Shown here: positions 59,162 to 64,000 of the stretch, one piece after another
Layout of the letters: each line of letters opens with the position of its first letter
Numbering within the stretch: the first letter of the stretch is position 1
Assembly (NCBI GenBank): GCA_965248925.1
Contig: CBDFLE010000006.1
Coordinates: forward strand, 2,624,001-2,688,000
Direction of reading: 5' to 3'
Length of the DNA stretch: 64,000 nt
Source of the DNA: Candidatus Multivoradales bacterium
GTDB lineage: Bacteria; Acidobacteriota; Thermoanaerobaculia; Multivoradales; J023
The notes under the pieces: model-generated
What the model saw: only the letters and a program-made list of their open reading frames with translations
Database searches by the model: none
What the model was told of the DNA's origin: nothing
Made by a program: the position numbers and the translations under genes

Positions 59162-60877
59162 GTGGCCGAGCGGCTTGAGATCATTCTCAACGCTCTCGTC
59201 CCGGGGCTGCTAGCCGGAGCGCTGCTCACCGGTTTACTGTTCTTCCTCAATCCACAGCTGCCGTTTGAGGCGTTTCCGGCCTTTCTAGGAATCGGCGTCT
59301 ATGGCGGGCTGGCCGGACTGCTCAGTTCTCTAGCGGTCCTTCCCTTTACCTGGCGTAGCCAGCAGCGCTCCCGACGCTGGCTGCCGTGGCTGGTGACTGT
59401 GGTGCTCGGCGGCGTCGCGGTGGTCGCCTGGGGCCATGCGGTTCGTCACGGCTTCTTACTGCCTCCCGGCATCAATCGACGGCTGTTGAAGGCGGCAATA
59501 TGGCTCAGTCTAGGTGCGGTGGTGGGTCTCTACCTGGCGTGGGCCAGCAGGCTGCGACAACGCACACCTGGCAGGAGAAGCGGCTTCCTGATGCTGTTGC
59601 TGGCGACGGTGTCGATCTACGTCGTTTTCGAGCGGCGTGACGCTTTCAAGGCTAGCTCCGGCCCGACTCCCAGACCAAGCGTGGTCGAGGGGGTGCAAAG
59701 ACCGCATCTATGCTTGGTGGGTCTCGATTCCGCCACTCTCGACGCTTTGCTGCCGCTCGCCGAGCAAGGTCGCTTGCCCTTCTTCTCGCGCCTCTTGCAA
59801 GAAGGCTCATTCGCCCGCATGAGTTCCCAGCGCCCTGCCCTGGCCGCCCCTTTGTGGACCACGCTATCCACCGGAAAGTTCCCGTATCAGCACGGCGTGG
59901 TTGGCCAACGGCGTTATGCCGACGGTCTGCTGGCGGAAGGTGCGTCTTTGCGCCTATTGCCCTTGGGCTCAAGACTGGATCCCTGGGCCTGGACGAGCGG
60001 CTCTCGTGGGTCCAACCGGCTTGACCGCAAGGTCTTGGCCCTATGGCAAACTCTCTCTCGCCTAGGTGTCGCTACCGGGGTGCTGGGATGGCCGTTGACC
60101 TCCCCCGTCTCCAAGGAAATTGACTGGCTGCTCTCGGAGCGCTTTTTCACCACGAGCGCGAGCCTCGGCGATGGCCATCCTGAGGAACTGGGAGAGCAAG
60201 CCCGCCTTTTCCAGACCGCTCTTTCCGACCTCGATCCACAGATTCTCTCGCGCTTCGGCGAAGAGCCACCCCAGGTGGTGCTACAGAGCCTCCCTCAAGA
60301 TCTCTGGCGTCGGGATTTGGCGCAGCTAATCCTCGGCCGCGAACCTTCCCCAGGTGCTCTGCTGACCGTTCTTCCCGGCTTGGCGGCGGTCTCCCGGGAG
60401 CTTTACGGCGGTTACCAGGCAAGTCGCCTGGATGGCTTGCAGGAGGCCGCTGCCGAGGAGGCCGCACGGCTGATCGACAGCTACTACGCTCACCTGGACG
60501 AGATTCTCGCTCAGCTCTGGGAACGCACCCCGACTCCGCGACTGATGATCGTGGTCTCACCGCGAGGGATCGAAGGCGCCGGCGGCTGGCGCGGCCTATG
60601 GCAGCAACTGATTCGCCGACCGGCGCTGCGCGGCTATGACCACAAGGCCCCCGATGGAGTGCTGATGATCATGGGAGAAGGGGTCGCCAAAGGACGGCAG
60701 ACAGGCCGAGCAGAATTGGTCGACGTGGTGCCTACCCTTCTCTATGCATTGGGTCTGCCCGTGGCGCGCGATCTCGATGGCAGCGTGCTCAACGATTTTT
60801 TTGAAACCGACTTCTTGGTGCGTCAACCGCTGACGTTCGTTCCTTCGTATGAGACCTTGTCAGCCAACCGACAATAG
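59162..60877 (+). CDS. Membrane-anchored alkaline phosphatase / phosphodiesterase superfamily protein
   Basis: About 5 N-terminal TM helices; VGLDSAT, WTTLSTGK...HGV, DVVPTLLYALG, DLDG. Confidence 0.8.
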   Translation: MAERLEIILNALVPGLLAGALLTGLLFFLNPQLPFEAFPAFLGIGVYGGLAGLLSSLAVLPFTWRSQQRSRRWLPWLVTVVLGGVAVVAWGHAVRHGFLLPPGINRRLLKAAIWLSLGAVVGLYLAWASRLRQRTPGRRSGFLMLLLATVSIYVVFERRDAFKASSGPTPRPSVVEGVQRPHLCLVGLDSATLDALLPLAEQGRLPFFSRLLQEGSFARMSSQRPALAAPLWTTLSTGKFPYQHGVVGQRRYADGLLAEGASLRLLPLGSRLDPWAWTSGSRGSNRLDRKVLALWQTLSRLGVATGVLGWPLTSPVSKEIDWLLSERFFTTSASLGDGHPEELGEQARLFQTALSDLDPQILSRFGEEPPQVVLQSLPQDLWRRDLAQLILGREPSPGALLTVLPGLAAVSRELYGGYQASRLDGLQEAAAEEAARLIDSYYAHLDEILAQLWERTPTPRLMIVVSPRGIEGAGGWRGLWQQLIRRPALRGYDHKAPDGVLMIMGEGVAKGRQTGRAELVDVVPTLLYALGLPVARDLDGSVLNDFFETDFLVRQPLTFVPSYETLSANRQ

Positions 60878-60958
60878 CCCGGAGATAATCTGTTAAGTGT
60901 TTGTGTTTCAGTGACTTACCTGTATTTTTATAATCTAGACCGTACCTTTTTTGGTGAT

Positions 60959-61363
60959 TTAGCCTTCTTTGACTCCAGGCATTCGAGTCACTTTCTCGCC
61001 GGTTTTCTGCTTCTGGCGCGGGCGGTCCATTGAGCAGCGACCTTCAAAGAAAGCACCGTCTTCGATGGTCAGCGATGGCGTTTGGAGATCAGCCCGGACC
61101 TTGCCTTCAGAGGTGATCTCCACTTTCTCCAAAGCGCTCAGGCTGCCGTCGACCTCGCCCGACACGAAGATCCGGCGAACACTGATTTCAGCATCGACCC
61201 TTCCGCCTTCACCGACAATGAGATCTCCATCGGAGACAATCGAACCGGCGAATTTTCCGTCGATGCGGAAGGTATCCTCGAAACGCAGCTCGCCCTGGAG
61301 CTGGCTGCCAGCATCGAGAAAACCGTTGAGTTCCCCTTGGCCACCGCCTCCCTTATTGAACAT
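60959..61363 (-). CDS. Bactofilin (polymer-forming cytoskeletal protein)
   Basis: GELRFEDTFRIDG, LIVGEGG, LTIEDGAFFEGRCSM. Confidence 0.92.
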   Translation of the reverse strand: MFNKGGGGQGELNGFLDAGSQLQGELRFEDTFRIDGKFAGSIVSDGDLIVGEGGRVDAEISVRRIFVSGEVDGSLSALEKVEITSEGKVRADLQTPSLTIEDGAFFEGRCSMDRPRQKQKTGEKVTRMPGVKEG

Positions 61364-62255
61364 CACTTGCCCCTTTCCGGTCGTGAAGCCGGTCGTATAG
61401 CCGAATCAATTCCTCTTCGGAATGAAAATGCACCTGAATGACACCACCGCGACGGCGGCGGACGATTTGAACTTTGGTTTGCAACGCTTGGGTAAGCCTT
61501 TCTTGTGCCGCCTGGGCATGCACGTCTAGTGTTTGCTCCTTGCGAGCTGGTTTATCGAGCGCTTTCGGCTGGGCCGCCAGTGCTTCCAAATCACGAGCGG
61601 TGAGGCCTTTCTCGACCGCTTGCTCAGCGATCTCAAGCTGCCGCTTGGGGTCGAGAGCCAGCAGCGGCCGGGCTTGTCCGGCGGTCAGCCTCCCGCTGCG
61701 CAGGAGATCTTGCACTTTGGCCGGTAGACGCAGCAACCGCAGGGCATTAGTGACTGTCGTGCGTCCCTTGCCCACCTTCTTGGCTACTGCTTCTTGGGAC
61801 AGGCCGAACTTGTCATTCAGGGTTCGGAAAGCCTCTGCCTCTTCTACTGGGTTGAGGTCGGCCCTCTGAAGATTCTCCACCAGGGCGAGTTCGAGCAGTT
61901 GCTGATCGTCCGCTACTTCGCGCACAACGACCGGAACTTGGTTCAATTCAGCAAGTTGCGCAGCCCGCCAGCGACGCTCTCCGGCGACGATAGTGTAGCG
62001 ACCGTCTTCCCTTGCCGTGACCACGACGGGCTGGACGATCCCCTGGCTGCGAATCGATTCAGCGAGTTCCTCGAGTCCGCTGTCATCAAAGTCCGTGCGC
62101 GGTTGGAAGCGATTCGGCACCAACTCGCCGACCGCTAAAGTAGCCGGGCCAACTCGGGACACGGCCGCGGTCTCCGCCACGGCCAGGGTGGTCTCGCTAG
62201 TACCACCGAGCAGAGCATCCAGTCCACGGCCCAGACCGCGGCGCTTGGTCTTCAT
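61353..62255 (-). CDS. parB: Chromosome partitioning protein ParB
   Basis: GLGRGLDALL, PNRFQPR, VAGERRWRAA, ENLQRADL. Confidence 0.97.
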   Translation of the reverse strand: MKTKRRGLGRGLDALLGGTSETTLAVAETAAVSRVGPATLAVGELVPNRFQPRTDFDDSGLEELAESIRSQGIVQPVVVTAREDGRYTIVAGERRWRAAQLAELNQVPVVVREVADDQQLLELALVENLQRADLNPVEEAEAFRTLNDKFGLSQEAVAKKVGKGRTTVTNALRLLRLPAKVQDLLRSGRLTAGQARPLLALDPKRQLEIAEQAVEKGLTARDLEALAAQPKALDKPARKEQTLDVHAQAAQERLTQALQTKVQIVRRRRGGVIQVHFHSEEELIRLYDRLHDRKGASDVQ

Positions 62256-63010
62256 GCCGCGCGCTCCAGGAACTCACGGGCCAGGGCGAGGTAGGCCTCG
62301 GCACCTCGACTCTTGATGTCATAGCGAAGGATCGGCTGGCCATAGCTCGGCGCTTCGGCCAGGCGAATATTACGCGGAACTACGATTTCGAAGACTTTAG
62401 CAGCAAAGTGTTGCCGCACTTCGGCTGCCACGTCACGGGCCAAGTTGGTCCGTTCGTCATACATCGTCAGCAAGATGCCGCCTATCTCCAGGTTTCGGTT
62501 GAGCCGCCCTTGCACCCGGCGAACCGTGGCGACTAGCTCACTGACCCCTTCGAGCGCGAAATACTCGCACTGCAGTGGTACTAAGATCTGATCCGCGGCA
62601 GTCAGAGCATTGACCGTGAGGTGGCCCAACGAGGGCGGGCAGTCGAGCAGCAAGTAGTCGTAGTCCTTACGCGTTTCTGCCAGCGTTTCGCGCAAGTGCT
62701 GTTCCCAGCCATCCACACCGACCATCTCTACCTCAACACCCACCAGCTCTCGGTCCGAAGGCAGAACATCGAGACCCGGAAAATCGGTCCGCCGGATGGC
62801 GTCCGATGCCTTCGCATCGCCGCTCAGCAAGTGGTAAAGATGGGGCGGCTCGGCGGTCAGACCGAGGCCCCGTGTCGCATTGCCTTGGGGATCGCAATCG
62901 ACAATCAGGACCTTTTTTTCCAAAGCTCCAAGGGCCGCCCCGAGGTTGATTGCGGTGGTGGTCTTTCCTACCCCACCTTTTTGGTTCGCGATCGCGACGA
63001 TGGTCGCCAT
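62252..63010 (-). CDS. parA: Chromosome partitioning ATPase ParA/Soj
   Basis: NQKGGVGKTTT, DCPPSLG, PRNIRLAEAPS. Confidence 0.97.
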   Translation of the reverse strand: MATIVAIANQKGGVGKTTTAINLGAALGALEKKVLIVDCDPQGNATRGLGLTAEPPHLYHLLSGDAKASDAIRRTDFPGLDVLPSDRELVGVEVEMVGVDGWEQHLRETLAETRKDYDYLLLDCPPSLGHLTVNALTAADQILVPLQCEYFALEGVSELVATVRRVQGRLNRNLEIGGILLTMYDERTNLARDVAAEVRQHFAAKVFEIVVPRNIRLAEAPSYGQPILRYDIKSRGAEAYLALAREFLERAA

Positions 63011-63141
63011 GTAAGTGCCTCACCTGTTTTTCCACGAAGGCTGGCCGCGTCCGTTCCGGCGCCAGGCCACTTCTCCGAAATTCCCCGGATTCTGCTCTTC
63101 AGAGAGATGACGACTGAAGCCGTCCCGCCACCGGTCTCATT

Positions 63142-63780
63142 TTATCGAGGATGGATCTCTCGGATGTGCCGAGCCCCTCGCAACTCTATTTTTCGTCCGC
63201 CCTTCCATCCGGTGGGGAGGTCCGGCTCGGACTCCCCCAGCCAGAGAAAGAACCGCACTCCCGGCGAATGCTCATAGATCGTGCGCAGTAGCATTGGTTC
63301 GCAGCGAACTGCACGCATGGTGACAACATCTATTGTCTCTGGCCAGCCTGCCGGCAATGGGCTTTCGACTCTAGCATTGAGACATCGACACGACAAAGGA
63401 CCAATCGCCGAGACTGAGCGCAAGGTGGCTTCCAGAAAGGCCCATTTCCGTTGTCGAGACTCGGCCAGAACCACTTCCATTTCGGGTCTTGCGATAGCCA
63501 GCGGAATACCGGGAAAGCCAGCACCAGTACCAAGATCTAGCAGCGATCGGTCAGGGCTGGAAAGTAGGGGAAGAGCGGCTAGCGACTCCCCATAGTGCCG
63601 CTCGACCAAATCCCTAGCGGTCCCGGGTCCGATCAACGACAGCCGCGGGTTCCAGCGTAAGAGTTGCCGGTAGTGAGTTTCGAGAGCGGCCACGACCTGA
63701 CCAGAGAGAGGTCGCGGAGCGACAGCGAGTAACTGGCGCTCGAACTCTCTTGAACTCAGCTCGGGGAGAGGGTTACCCAT
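63142..63780 (-). CDS. rsmG: 16S rRNA m7G527 methyltransferase
   Basis: WNPRLSL, RHYGESL, DLGTGAGFPG, RAV. Confidence 0.92.
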   Translation of the reverse strand: MGNPLPELSSREFERQLLAVAPRPLSGQVVAALETHYRQLLRWNPRLSLIGPGTARDLVERHYGESLAALPLLSSPDRSLLDLGTGAGFPGIPLAIARPEMEVVLAESRQRKWAFLEATLRSVSAIGPLSCRCLNARVESPLPAGWPETIDVVTMRAVRCEPMLLRTIYEHSPGVRFFLWLGESEPDLPTGWKGGRKIELRGARHIREIHPR

Positions 63781-63795
63781 GTTTCACGTGAAACA
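63780..63795. other. parS centromere site
   Basis: TGTTTCACGTGAAACA, a perfect 16-bp parS palindrome. Confidence 0.95.
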
Positions 63796-63874
63796 GATTG
63801 GCGAGTTGGACAGGGAGACGCTGGTCGCAGAAAGGCACGTCAGCCAACGACGCAAGATGCGTTGGCTCTCCAAC

Positions 63875-64000
63875 TCAGGAGGGGTAGATCGTCACGCACT
63901 TGAAGAACCCCTCTCCGTGGCTCTCGGTAACCACGCCTGGGTCGTCTGCCAGGGTGATGTGGATGATCCTGCGATCAGCAGGGTTCATCGCTTCGAGCTC
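63875..64000 (-). CDS. jag: Jag/KhpB C-terminal R3H domain, runs off the right window edge
   Basis: Manual translation ELEAMNPADRRIIHITLADDPGVVTESHGEGFFKCVTIYPS*. Confidence 0.85.
   Translation of the reverse strand, partial: ELEAMNPADRRIIHITLADDPGVVTESHGEGFFKCVTIYPS

Noticed and set aside
60878-60958. AT-rich tract as oriC or dif
   Set aside because: No DnaA boxes or XerCD consensus; only an IHF-like TAAGT...ACTTA repeat between convergent genes

Overview
GC-rich bacterial chromosome segment, probably Acidobacteriota (Thermoanaerobaculia-like; this is an inference from protein families). It lies next to the origin region: the right end carries jag-rsmG-parA-parB and a perfect parS. Core content: hppD/hmgA/fahA tyrosine catabolism, an mreBCD-mrdA-rodA-rng operon, ppiD-ruvA-ruvB, thrB, thrC, a full Rrf2-regulated SUF operon, gdhA, wzm/wzt, comEA plus a pseudopilin, and two lepB genes. 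The most notable signals are: (1) a four-gene lipid cassette (ferritin-like diiron enzyme, fatty acyl-AMP ligase, ACP, DUF374/LpxJ-like acyltransferase); (2) integrase-free inserts after thrB and thrC, and possibly ruvA, each followed by a diverged second copy of the host gene's 3' end; (3) a decaying 6.2-kb island with an internal 600-bp duplication and a broken secreted metalloprotease; (4) a Kdo/WaaP-kinase-glycoside-hydrolase fusion and an ECF-sigma-TPR fusion; (5) an uncharacterised conserved gene coupled to fahA. No rRNA, tRNA, CRISPR array, integrase or transposase was recognised. All calls come from manual reading; no database searches were run.
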